A DNA stretch of 64,000 nucleotides from sequence record NC_101837.1, one strand, 5' to 3'. Below are positions 47,036 through 54,938 of this stretch, piece after piece; positions within the stretch are counted from its first letter, which is position 1; the number at the start of each line of letters is the position of its first letter. Source of the stretch: a phage. The position numbers and the translations under genes are program-made. The notes under the pieces are model-generated. The model saw only the letters and a list, made by a program, of their open reading frames with translations. It was not told where the DNA came from and made no database searches.

Positions 47036-47416
47036 TTAAAAATTATCGCCGTAAATCTTTCCGCTTTCTGCCCACACCACCACGCGGGGCATGTTATCCC
47101 ATACATCTTGTTTCAGATTTAACGCGTGCAATTCTTCGGTGGTGCTCATACCGGGCACGGGCTGATTGTATACTGCAAAACGACCGCCTGCATAATCATA
47201 GGCCAGAGTTAAATCACACTGGATCATCTTTTTGATCATGGCGTTAAGCATAGCGTTAGCCGCGTACTGGTCACGTTTTAAAGGCAACTCTTTGATTAGT
47301 TTGCGATAGTTTTCGATATGGTCGCACACTGTTTCACGTGGAAGATCTTTCATATCTTCACGGAATGTAACCAGGTTAAACATAACGGTGTCAATAGCTT
47401 TAGTAGTGTTTTTCAT
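47036..47416 (-). CDS. hypothetical protein (126 aa)
   Basis: Tiled ORF. Confidence 0.45.
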   Translation of the reverse strand: MKNTTKAIDTVMFNLVTFREDMKDLPRETVCDHIENYRKLIKELPLKRDQYAANAMLNAMIKKMIQCDLTLAYDYAGGRFAVYNQPVPGMSTTEELHALNLKQDVWDNMPRVVVWAESGKIYGDNF

Positions 47417-47507
47417 GATGTTTTCCTCTTTGTTTTGTGGGGGGGCAAGTCATCTCGCCCCTTGAGTTTTTAATATAGCAGGTTTTTAGATTATTGCAAC
47501 ACTTTAT

Positions 47508-48131
47508 TTATGAAAAACTCATCTCCCCATATTCATCCACATCAAACCGCCAATCATTGGCTTCAATAAGGCCGATCAGGTTTTCGGTAGTAAACTGTTC
47601 AAGATAGGCCTCCTCCAGGTCTACGTAAACCTTGCGGGATAGCTCCCGTACCGTCTCGGTGATCAGCTCTTCCAGCTCTTCAACTTTGTCCTCTTGCTTG
47701 GTGGTCAGGTCTAGCCAATTAGTATCGATGCACCCTCCTATTGTGTTTTCGTGATGATAATGGCTAAACGGGATACGTTCAACACTGGCTGATAACTCGC
47801 CATCGTGCATTGTGCCGAACAAGTGACGAATTGATCGGAACTTGGTCAGGGCCTTTACTTTACGCAAGAATTTTTCTAAATCCACGTTTTCAGCACTGAT
47901 TGACGCGCCATCGCCTTGACACCAAAAGCCGGACCAACGTATTTCGGTATCTTCAAGGCCGTACTCTGGAAAGACATATTCTTTATAGTGTTCAATTACA
48001 CTTTCTGCAAAAAAATTATCCCCGCTGTGTTCTTCTCTTTCGCGGACCATTTCAATAGCTTTTTCTTTTTGTTCGTCGGTCAGCACGTCGAAAGATAAAT
48101 TGTAACCTGTGGTAATGTTAACGGTGGTCAT
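47508..48131 (-). CDS. hypothetical acidic protein (207 aa)
   Basis: AGGAG RBS; leader hairpin upstream. Confidence 0.5.
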   Translation of the reverse strand: MTTVNITTGYNLSFDVLTDEQKEKAIEMVREREEHSGDNFFAESVIEHYKEYVFPEYGLEDTEIRWSGFWCQGDGASISAENVDLEKFLRKVKALTKFRSIRHLFGTMHDGELSASVERIPFSHYHHENTIGGCIDTNWLDLTTKQEDKVEELEELITETVRELSRKVYVDLEEAYLEQFTTENLIGLIEANDWRFDVDEYGEMSFS

Positions 48132-48188
48132 GATATTTTCTCCTATTTTCTTTGTTAGTGGCGGGAAGTTTTCCCGCCTGTGTGTTTA

Positions 48189-48216
48189 AGTATACTTATC
48201 GAGATTTACTTGTCAA
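48189..48216 (-). promoter_or_regulatory. sigma70-like promoter (leftward)
   Basis: Reverse strand TTGACA, 16 bp, TATACT; followed by hairpin GGCGGGA/TCCCGCC (48160-48178), RBS and ATG 48131. Confidence 0.5.
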
Positions 48217-48466
48217 CACTATTTTTTAAATTATTGTGGCGTAAAATGTTCAAGATCTCTTCAACGTCATCAACACGGCGGCAATTTTTAAACGCTACCA
48301 GTTGCCCCAGTATTTTAATCACTGGACGGCCTTGCCAGTGCCCTTGGAGAAAGCGAGCTTTAACTTTATCGGTGGAACTATCACGCCACCAAATGGCCTT
48401 GTTGTTGCAGTAGTAAAAATTATTCAGGACAACATCAACTTTATCAAAATTTTTTAATTTACGCAT
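48206..48466 (-). CDS. hypothetical protein
   Basis: AAGGAG RBS. Confidence 0.45.
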   Translation of the reverse strand: MRKLKNFDKVDVVLNNFYYCNNKAIWWRDSSTDKVKARFLQGHWQGRPVIKILGQLVAFKNCRRVDDVEEILNILRHNNLKNSVDK

Positions 48467-48498
48467 GGCGTTTACTCCTTTCTCTCTTTGATGTGGTT

Positions 48499-48526
48499 AG
48501 TATAGCTAACCTGTTTAAGATGTCAA
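48499..48526 (-). promoter_or_regulatory. sigma70-like promoter (leftward)
   Basis: Reverse strand TTGACA, 16 bp, TATACT. Confidence 0.5.
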
Positions 48527-48707
48527 GCTTTAAATAAAATCACTGTCAATGATATTTTTAACGCCATAAAACGGCCCTAAGCGATGTTTTCAGGTTAAAG
48601 GGGGGCGATTGCATAGGTGGGGCCTTTTTGGCGCTTACAGGGCCAACCGGGGGCGCTATTCGTAGGATAGAAATAAAAAGCCCCGCACAATGGCGGGGCG
48701 TTGGTTG

Positions 48708-48905
48708 TTATTTGCCTTTGTGGCGGTATCGTTCCGCCTGTCGTTCACGTTCCAAAAGCAGGCCCGGTAATTTGCGATCATAATGATTCCGCCAGATCTT
48801 CCCAAATCTTTTTGGCTTATTCAGTTTATTGTTGCGCTGGCGGCGTTCCGGCAGCTCTTCGGAAGCATGAGATCGCTTTACAATTTTCTCGAAATTAATT
48901 TTCAT
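48708..48905 (-). CDS. small highly basic protein
   Basis: MKINFEKIVKRSHASEELPERRQRNNKLNKPKRFGKIWRNHYDRK...; ATGA overlap. Confidence 0.4.
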   Translation of the reverse strand: MKINFEKIVKRSHASEELPERRQRNNKLNKPKRFGKIWRNHYDRKLPGLLLERERQAERYRHKGK

Positions 48906-49248
48906 ATATTCCCCCCTTGCTAACTTCAATATTGGCCTGAATAGCCCGGATACGGCGCTTTATAACTTCCTGATCTGTGTGGTCGTATCCCCAAAAGTCT
49001 ACAATTTTTGCGCCCCCCGCCTCCAGGCGGTATAGTGTTTCCTGCATTTTGTAAGCCGGGATCGGTCGCGGTGTTACTTGGTCACCTTCTTTATTTTTAT
49101 ACTTTATAATATAATCTTCGTTATCGTTGAATGCCCAAAATGGATATTCTGCAAGGGCGGTACTTCCTCTTTCCTTTTTATCCTGGATCTTATTTACAAT
49201 TAAAGCCGTAGCAATAGCGCCAATAATAAAACTTGCCCCGCTGATCAT
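48895..49248 (-). CDS. membrane-anchored protein
   Basis: N-terminal TM MISGASFIIGAIATALIV. Confidence 0.45.
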   Translation of the reverse strand: MISGASFIIGAIATALIVNKIQDKKERGSTALAEYPFWAFNDNEDYIIKYKNKEGDQVTPRPIPAYKMQETLYRLEAGGAKIVDFWGYDHTDQEVIKRRIRAIQANIEVSKGGIYEN

Positions 49249-49322
49249 GTACTTTCTCCTTTCATGGTGTTAATAAATTATCTTTATAGATGGCCCTGCA
49301 ACCAGGACCACCGAAAAAATAA

Positions 49323-49568
49323 CTATTTCACAATGCCTACAAAACAGATCCCGCCTTCACCTATATAAGCAATATCGGTCACTTTATAACTTGTCAAGAT
49401 CTGCTTATTTAGTTCATTAATAAAATCGGTCATTGCGTTGGTGTAGTTGTCTTCCGTGTCTAAGGCATAATCCCAGGTGTACACCTTTTTACGTCCGAAG
49501 CCTTTTACCATGATACGGGCGCTTTTGGTGTTGGTAGGGGCATAATATTTGGTGATTAGTGCTGCCAT
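49323..49568 (-). CDS. hypothetical protein
   Basis: Tiled ORF. Confidence 0.45.
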   Translation of the reverse strand: MAALITKYYAPTNTKSARIMVKGFGRKKVYTWDYALDTEDNYTNAMTDFINELNKQILTSYKVTDIAYIGEGGICFVGIVK

Positions 49569-49611
49569 GGTTTTAACTCCTATGCATTAGTTCAGTGTTA
49601 ACAGTATAAAG

Positions 49612-49655
49612 TTTACTTTATTGATGGCCCTGGTGTCAAGGCCATCTAAAAATAA
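49612..49655 (-). repeat. 44-bp repeated intergenic hairpin element, copy B
   Basis: TTTACTTTATTGATGGCCCTGGTGTCAAGGCCATCTAAAAATAA, identical to copy C. Confidence 0.6.
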
Positions 49656-49657
49656 GC

Positions 49658-49999
49658 TTACTCGTTTTCTTCCAGCTCCGCAAGCTCTTCTTTTGCTTCT
49701 TCTAACTCTGTCTGTAATTCCTGGTATTCTTCATCGTCCTCAATATCCAGGCTGTCGATGTAGTCGCTAAATCCGCAGCGGTAAGCGATAGGATCTAGCT
49801 CCTTGAGGATACGCGACGGAAGAAAAGAAATGTTTCCGATCATAATTTCGCCGTAGATCTCGTCTAACCATTCATCATAGTTTTCGTCGTACTTGTCCTC
49901 GTCGATTTCAAAGTTATCGATCTTATTCTCAAGGTCTGCGATCTGTTTTTTCAGTTCAGCGATCTGCATAGCTTTTTCTGAGGCGGTCATAGTAGTCAT
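49658..49999 (-). CDS. hypothetical acidic coiled-coil protein
   Basis: AAGGAG RBS; leader hairpin. Confidence 0.45.
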   Translation of the reverse strand: MTTMTASEKAMQIAELKKQIADLENKIDNFEIDEDKYDENYDEWLDEIYGEIMIGNISFLPSRILKELDPIAYRCGFSDYIDSLDIEDDEEYQELQTELEEAKEELAELEENE

Positions 50000-50050
50000 G
50001 GTGTTTTTCTCCTTTTGTGTGTTCTGGGAAGTTTTCCCGTTTATGTGCTT

Positions 50051-50078
50051 ATTATATCGATTTAAGTTAGCTTGTCAA
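50051..50078 (-). promoter_or_regulatory. sigma70-like promoter (leftward)
   Basis: Reverse strand TTGACA, 16 bp, TATAAT; hairpin GGGAA-GTTT-TCCC downstream then RBS. Confidence 0.6.
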
Positions 50079-50198
50079 TTAAAAGTTTAAGAAAAATTTT
50101 GCGACACCGTTGGCGCTACCCATCAACATTTGCGCCAGGATGTACCCAATGATGCAAACGATGATGGTTACCTTTGTGTGCTGGCGTGTAGTGCTCAT
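50079..50198 (-). CDS. small hydrophobic peptide (39 aa)
   Basis: GGAGG RBS 7 nt before ATG; MSTTRQHTKVTIIVCIIGYILAQMLMGSANGVAKFFLNF. Confidence 0.4.
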   Translation of the reverse strand: MSTTRQHTKVTIIVCIIGYILAQMLMGSANGVAKFFLNF

Positions 50199-50232
50199 CT
50201 TTAAGCCTCCTTTTCCGCTCAACTGTGGTTAG

Positions 50233-50276
50233 TTTACTTTATTGATGGCCCTGGTGTCAAGGCCATCTAAAAATAA
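50233..50276 (-). repeat. 44-bp repeated intergenic hairpin element, copy C
   Basis: Identical 44-mer to copy B, 2 nt after stop of upstream gene. Confidence 0.6.
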
Positions 50277-50278
50277 AC

Positions 50279-50674
50279 TCAATAAGTTTTTAGTACTTTC
50301 CCGTCCAATCTGTCAAGCTGGATCTCGATAGCTGCAGAAAACCTATTGTAAACCACATCGCCCAGGGAGTCCAGCCAATCTATGACGTTATATACCTGCT
50401 CTTTATTCTTGCAAGTCCGGATCCGTTTCATTACGTAAGACGGATCAATATTAGCGCTCTCGTTGTTGTGGTCCTGCGCCTGGCCTGCTGCGCTAGTTAT
50501 AGATTTTACAACCACCTGAAAGGGCTTTAAGGTGCCTTTTGCGTTCATCTCACGCGCTTTTGCGGCGCGGTTGTTATATGTTACACAACGGCGGCAAATG
50601 TTGACCAAATGCATATCAATAATTTTTTCATCGTTTGCCAGTTCGTTCATGATGCGGCGTACGTTCTTATTCAT
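50279..50674 (-). CDS. hypothetical protein (131 aa)
   Basis: RBS AAGGAAA; leader hairpin GGCGGGAA/TTCCCGCC. Confidence 0.45.
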   Translation of the reverse strand: MNKNVRRIMNELANDEKIIDMHLVNICRRCVTYNNRAAKAREMNAKGTLKPFQVVVKSITSAAGQAQDHNNESANIDPSYVMKRIRTCKNKEQVYNVIDWLDSLGDVVYNRFSAAIEIQLDRLDGKVLKTY

Positions 50675-50722
50675 GATCTTTTTCCTTTGTGCTGGCGGGA
50701 AACATTCCCGCCTTTTGTGTCT

Positions 50723-50750
50723 AGTTTACTTAAATTTTGCAGCGTGTCAA
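50723..50750 (-). promoter_or_regulatory. sigma70-like promoter (leftward)
   Basis: Reverse strand TTGACA, 16 bp, TAAACT; then hairpin 50694-50712. Confidence 0.5.
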
Positions 50751-50756
50751 TGATTT

Positions 50757-51155
50757 TTATTCGTGGGCGCATGTTACAATGTGTTTTTTATAGCCCAGGT
50801 GGTCAGCAAGTGCCGACAAAAACTCTTCTTCGTAGATCCAGCCGTCGGCAGTGATCCCCATAGCATTTAATGCGCTCTCAAGTGCTGCGTTAGCTTTATC
50901 GTAACCGTGACCGCTCGCCTTGCCGCCAGTATAACCGTACTTATTGTTCTTGTTGTCGTGAATCCAAAACACGCAGTAGTGAGTGTTCCCGCTGGCGGCG
51001 GCATAATACCGGATCTCAGCTACTTCGTGCAAATTATTGTCATCGTCCAGGCCCACCAGATTATAAGCCTTGTAAAATCCACGATCACGGCGGCAGTTCT
51101 TGACATCAGAAAAAGAAAAGTCCGCATTATCAAAATTAAAGGTAGTGGTTTTCAT
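50757..51155 (-). CDS. hypothetical protein (132 aa)
   Basis: Tiled ORF. Confidence 0.45.
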   Translation of the reverse strand: MKTTTFNFDNADFSFSDVKNCRRDRGFYKAYNLVGLDDDNNLHEVAEIRYYAAASGNTHYCVFWIHDNKNNKYGYTGGKASGHGYDKANAALESALNAMGITADGWIYEEEFLSALADHLGYKKHIVTCAHE

Positions 51156-51219
51156 GATTTTATCCTCTTAGTGTCTTTTGTGCTTTTAGTGTATTTGGTG
51201 TCGGACTATATGTCAATAC

Positions 51220-51417
51220 TTATTTTTTATTAAACCAGTGGTTGATCTGTCCTTTTGTCAGGGCGCAACGATTAAGCTGTTGCCGGGTATAGCTCTGACC
51301 GCGACGGAATTTATAAAGGCCTTGCCCGTTGTTGATGGTTACGTCCACCTGGCAAACCATTTGATCGGTGACCACCTGGCGAGTGTTGCGACGTACTTTG
51401 ATCCCGTATGCGTTCAT
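51220..51417 (-). CDS. hypothetical basic protein
   Basis: Internal ATG with AAAGAGGA RBS in track ORF 51220..51495. Confidence 0.4.
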   Translation of the reverse strand: MNAYGIKVRRNTRQVVTDQMVCQVDVTINNGQGLYKFRRGQSYTRQQLNRCALTKGQINHWFNKK

Positions 51418-51498
51418 AAATTTATCCTCTTTACTGGTTAGTGCGGTGTTGTTCACCTTGTAGGGTAATAATACCATGATTAACCTTGTTGTCAACGA

Positions 51499-51639
51499 TT
51501 ATTTTAAATTATTTTTATGATAGAATCCACCTGCCGCCCCCGCCAGGTTAACCACCATTTTTTCGTACTCTTCTTTATGTTCCCGCGCTTCTGTATCATT
51601 AATCACTACATTTCCCAGGTGAGTAGCATTACCTTTCAT
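51499..51639 (-). CDS. small protein (46 aa)
   Basis: GAGGAGG RBS 7 nt before ATG; MKGNATHLGNVVINDTEAREHKEEYEKM... Confidence 0.35.
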   Translation of the reverse strand: MKGNATHLGNVVINDTEAREHKEEYEKMVVNLAGAAGGFYHKNNLK

Positions 51640-51895
51640 TTTTGTACCTCCTCTTCAATTGTTTACCCTACAGTATGGGCCTACCAGGTTTGCAAGATTT
51701 CACCCTCTCCCACCTGGTCAGTTAGGTCCTGCCAGGCTGGCCCCGCCAGGTTGCAGCGGTTAGCGCATCAGGTTAGAAAAATTTTTTGAAAAGTGTTGAC
51801 AGCGGCCCCGACAGGTGGCACAATATACCTATCGAAAGGACGGCAGGCACCGGTGACGGGGGAGACAACCACCAGGGATGGGCGCTGCATAAAAT

Positions 51896-51914
51896 GAGAA
51901 CGGTTATCATTATC
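51896..51914. promoter_or_regulatory. Fur-box-like sequence (site 1)
   Basis: GAGAACGGTTATCATTATC, about 16/19 to reverse complement of Fur consensus GATAATGATAATCATTATC. Confidence 0.3.
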
Positions 51915-52031
51915 ATTTAAAAATTTATGCAAAAAATCCTTGCTTTCTTTGTCCTGTGTGATACTATAATAACAAGCCGGGGCAACAGGGGCCGGGAGAC
52001 AATCACCGGGCCTGCCCGTTATTCTGCAAAC

Positions 52032-52050
52032 GAGAATGATTATCATTCAA
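52032..52050. promoter_or_regulatory. Fur-box-like palindrome (site 2)
   Basis: GAGAATGATTATCATTCAA; core AATGAT-T-ATCATT is a perfect 6-1-6 palindrome matching Fur-box core. Confidence 0.35.
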
Positions 52051-52161
52051 GATTCTAAATGAGAACTCCTCGCATTTAATAAATTTAATTAGCACGCTAA
52101 TTACCCTCCGTAACAATTTACTATAAAATAGTATCCACTAAAATATTCCCATATAGAAATT

Positions 52162-52340
52162 TTAAAAATCCATTTCTGAAAACGAAAAATCGATTTCGTC
52201 CCCAAAAATTTCAGGTTGAGAGCCGGAACGATTTCCAGAAAATCCGATTCAGAAAACGAAAAACAGGTCGAGTACTGAGAAATTTATCGAGAAAAATTTT
52301 CAGAAAATCCAAGCCCTGAAATGAAAAGTAGATCGAGTAC
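52162..52340. repeat. degenerate tandem repeats (about 65-bp period)
   Basis: CAGAAAATCC...AGAAAACGAAAAACAGGTCGAGTAC and CAGAAAATCC...TGAAATGAAAAGTAGATCGAGTAC plus a third degenerate unit; GAAAATCC motif recurs to about 52610. Confidence 0.45.
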
Positions 52341-52652
52341 CTGGAAAGCTGCACCGCAACTTCAAGATAGCGGTTAGATTGTTACCATAGAAGGTCAAGG
52401 GTAAGTGGAGGAAGTTCTAGTAGAGGGAGGTTAGCATGTGTGGGAAATCTATAATGGTGGCCTGGAATATGGTGCAAACGATAGGATGAGTTATTCAGCT
52501 TGTCGCGCCTACTCTGAAAAATCCATTTTAGTTTTCGATCCATTTTCTGATTTTCTAAGAATTTTAAAATATCCAGCCCGGTGAAATATCAAAAGGAGGA
52601 AATCCATTTTAGAAATCCCCCTTATACTTGATATGCCAGGAATTTTCAAGTA

Positions 52653-52982
52653 TCAGTTGTCTTTGTTTTTAGGTTTGTACATGCGCAGAGGTATGGTCTT
52701 TGTAACATTCCATTTCCTCAACCCTTCCCAGCTCCAGTTGTGGGCGTGGTATCCGGTTATGCATGCACTACTGGAGTGATCGTAAGCATAAGAGAACGCT
52801 AAGCGCACCAGGTGGGGCCAGTCCTTCCATGGTTGTGGACCGTAAGCTTTTCTCCAACACCGACACAAACTAAATGTCTCAAGAATAGGAAGGATAACAA
52901 ATCCATACACCGCCACCAGAATAGCCAGCGCAATGATTGTCAGGAATACATACCCTGCAGTTGAAATGATGATCTCTGTCAT
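52653..52982 (-). CDS. membrane protein
   Basis: N-terminal TM helices IISTAGYVFLTIIALAILVAVYGFVILPIL. Confidence 0.45.
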   Translation of the reverse strand: MTEIIISTAGYVFLTIIALAILVAVYGFVILPILETFSLCRCWRKAYGPQPWKDWPHLVRLAFSYAYDHSSSACITGYHAHNWSWEGLRKWNVTKTIPLRMYKPKNKDN

Positions 52983-53176
52983 TTGTCCTCCCCTTTCTTA
53001 CGAATATAGATGTGAGAGCCTGCCTGTATATAAATTTCTCGACCATCTTCTGCAAAGATATGAAATACACGATCACCTTCGTACTCGATACGAGATATTT
53101 TCATAATGGTCTTTCCACCTGGGATACGGATCTCGTCCCCCACAGCGATGTTCCATGCAGATTTAAGCTTAAACAT
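52979..53176 (-). CDS. hypothetical protein
   Basis: Internal ATG of track ORF 52979..53242; start uncertain. Confidence 0.35.
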   Translation of the reverse strand: MFKLKSAWNIAVGDEIRIPGGKTIMKISRIEYEGDRVFHIFAEDGREIYIQAGSHIYIRKKGEDK

Positions 53177-53414
53177 CTGCACCTTCCTTTGGGAGCTCGA
53201 ACTCTGGCATAGCCATATACGCCACAACAGGGTTGTAATCAAAGTAGAAATGACCGTTAATTATCCCAGTTTTGTGAGCATAGTCACCAGATCCTGCAAG
53301 AACAACCTCGCAAACTCCGAAATCAACCTTGCCATTCTCATCTGCCATGGCTACAATATACTTTCCTAGAGGCATGTTTTTAACGCCGTCTACAAATGTC
53401 CACCCTTTGTTCAT
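53169..53414 (-). CDS. hypothetical protein (81 aa)
   Basis: Tiled ORF. Confidence 0.4.
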   Translation of the reverse strand: MNKGWTFVDGVKNMPLGKYIVAMADENGKVDFGVCEVVLAGSGDYAHKTGIINGHFYFDYNPVVAYMAMPEFELPKEGADV

Positions 53415-53435
53415 AACTTTATCTCCTGGACTTTC

Positions 53436-53768
53436 TTAAGGTAACCAGTAAACAATTTCGCCTTTCAGTTCCATGTCGTTACCGACATAGATTTTCCAGC
53501 CATCCATTTTAGCCACTGCAGGAGTGAAGTCCGAAGAACCACTAACCTCTTTCCAAGTCCCGTAGTCAGGTTGCCAGATATAGAATCCACCTTCCTTGTC
53601 CCATGCTCCATATACCACATCGAGCAGGTTGCCCATTGCAACAATAGTAGGCCGTGGGAATAATACATCTACAGATGCACCACAATTTCGGGTAGATTTT
53701 AAATTACAATCCCAAAAGATGTCTGCCAGTGTGGCGGCAATAGCTTTACGTCTTTCCAATGTTACCAT
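53436..53768 (-). CDS. hypothetical protein (110 aa)
   Basis: Tiled ORF. Confidence 0.45.
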   Translation of the reverse strand: MVTLERRKAIAATLADIFWDCNLKSTRNCGASVDVLFPRPTIVAMGNLLDVVYGAWDKEGGFYIWQPDYGTWKEVSGSSDFTPAVAKMDGWKIYVGNDMELKGEIVYWLP

Positions 53769-53778
53769 GGCACGATAC

Positions 53779-53970
53779 TCACTTGTTGTTAAGAAGTTCT
53801 AAAACTTTCTGTTTTACTTTGTCAAGGTCTGTGGATTCAAAAACTGTACGATATCCCCAACTTTGCCCATAGGAGTGACTGCAATCCCCGTAGCACCATT
53901 GCTCAATTTGATAGTATTCAAGGAACGGGTGCTGTCTAACTATGATACCATCCCGGTTAAAAATTACCAT
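53779..53970 (-). CDS. hypothetical protein (63 aa)
   Basis: Tiled ORF. Confidence 0.4.
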   Translation of the reverse strand: MVIFNRDGIIVRQHPFLEYYQIEQWCYGDCSHSYGQSWGYRTVFESTDLDKVKQKVLELLNNK

Positions 53971-54033
53971 AATACATCACCCTCTGTTAGTTTATGCGTA
54001 TATTATACACTGCAGTTTTCAGATGTCAACCTC

Positions 54034-54285
54034 TTACAGATTGCTCCAGTACAATCGGCATTTACATTTTGGGCAATGAGGTTCTTTTATGTAGTAACCG
54101 TCAGTCTTTGGAACACTTTTTGGTGCAGTTTTAAGATTGTACCTGGTAAAACATCGGAAGCAGGTTACCTCTCCCACCTGTTGATCGTTGATCCACTCAC
54201 CGGAGTAAAGTTCTTTCTTGTTTCTCATAATTCTCTCCCAAATCCTCTGCAATCTTATACCAAAATCTCCAGCCAGAAAGCACAC
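54034..54285 (-). CDS. small zinc-ribbon protein
   Basis: CFRCFTRY...CPKCKC cysteine pairs. Confidence 0.4.
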   Translation of the reverse strand: MCFLAGDFGIRLQRIWERIMRNKKELYSGEWINDQQVGEVTCFRCFTRYNLKTAPKSVPKTDGYYIKEPHCPKCKCRLYWSNL

Positions 54286-54479
54286 GGGAACACTTTGAGG
54301 ATTGAATCTTTACTTGGCTAGGAAGTTCTTTTTCCGTATGGTAGGTAGAAATACCCTCCTGCAGATTCGAATATAGCTCCTTCGGTTGTATCTACCACAG
54401 CAAGAATTAAGATTTTAGTCTCCACAGTGCTCTCCTCTCTTAGTTGTCGTGGAAACTATATCACCTCAGAAGATGGTCG

Positions 54480-54938
54480 TCAACACTTTTTGTACTCCAC
54501 CACGACAATATCTATGTCGAAAGTGGCAAGGTTAATAACGTCCTCTACGTGTTCCCACTTCAAACCGCCTATGCCGCACCCGATCTTAGGGATGTAGAAT
54601 GGTAAAGTCGATCCGCTGAATACTTCATTGACTAGCTCAAAGCCTTTCAGGATTGAGAAATACTCAGCATTAGGTCCTGGGTAGAACTGGGTATATAGAT
54701 TGATTCCGTAGACAATACCTATCGGAGATAAGTGCTCCCATCGGGAGAACGCACCCAGTTTACTTAGGCAACCGTATCTAGTCTCTTTGTCGGCTGACAG
54801 TGCTTGAGGAAACTCACGGGCAATCTGTTTTGCTATACCCTTGCCCATTGTGTGGAAGCAGTTACAACCGTGGATCAGGTGACCAGCACCGCTCTTAAAA
54901 AGGGAGATTAAATCTCCCTCTACAGTATCAATAATCAC
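54480..54938 (-). CDS. macrodomain protein, TARG1/OARD1/DarG-like ADP-ribose hydrolase
   Basis: GDLISLF...HLIHGCNCFHTMGKGIAKQIAREFP and IPKIGCGIGGLKWEHVEDVI are collinear with TARG1 motifs (HCIS.DCRMGAGIA; PRIGCGLDRLQWENV); GTG 54938 with GAGGAG RBS. Confidence 0.6.
   Translation of the reverse strand: MIIDTVEGDLISLFKSGAGHLIHGCNCFHTMGKGIAKQIAREFPQALSADKETRYGCLSKLGAFSRWEHLSPIGIVYGINLYTQFYPGPNAEYFSILKGFELVNEVFSGSTLPFYIPKIGCGIGGLKWEHVEDVINLATFDIDIVVVEYKKC

Noticed and set aside
45873-50276. 44-bp hairpin elements as rho-independent terminators
   Set aside because: On the coding (minus) strand the hairpin is followed by AAUAAAGUAAAC, not a U-tract; the T-rich side is on the non-coding strand.
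52162-52340. CRISPR array
   Set aside because: Repeats are degenerate and AT-rich with no identical direct repeats separated by unique spacers, and no cas genes are present.
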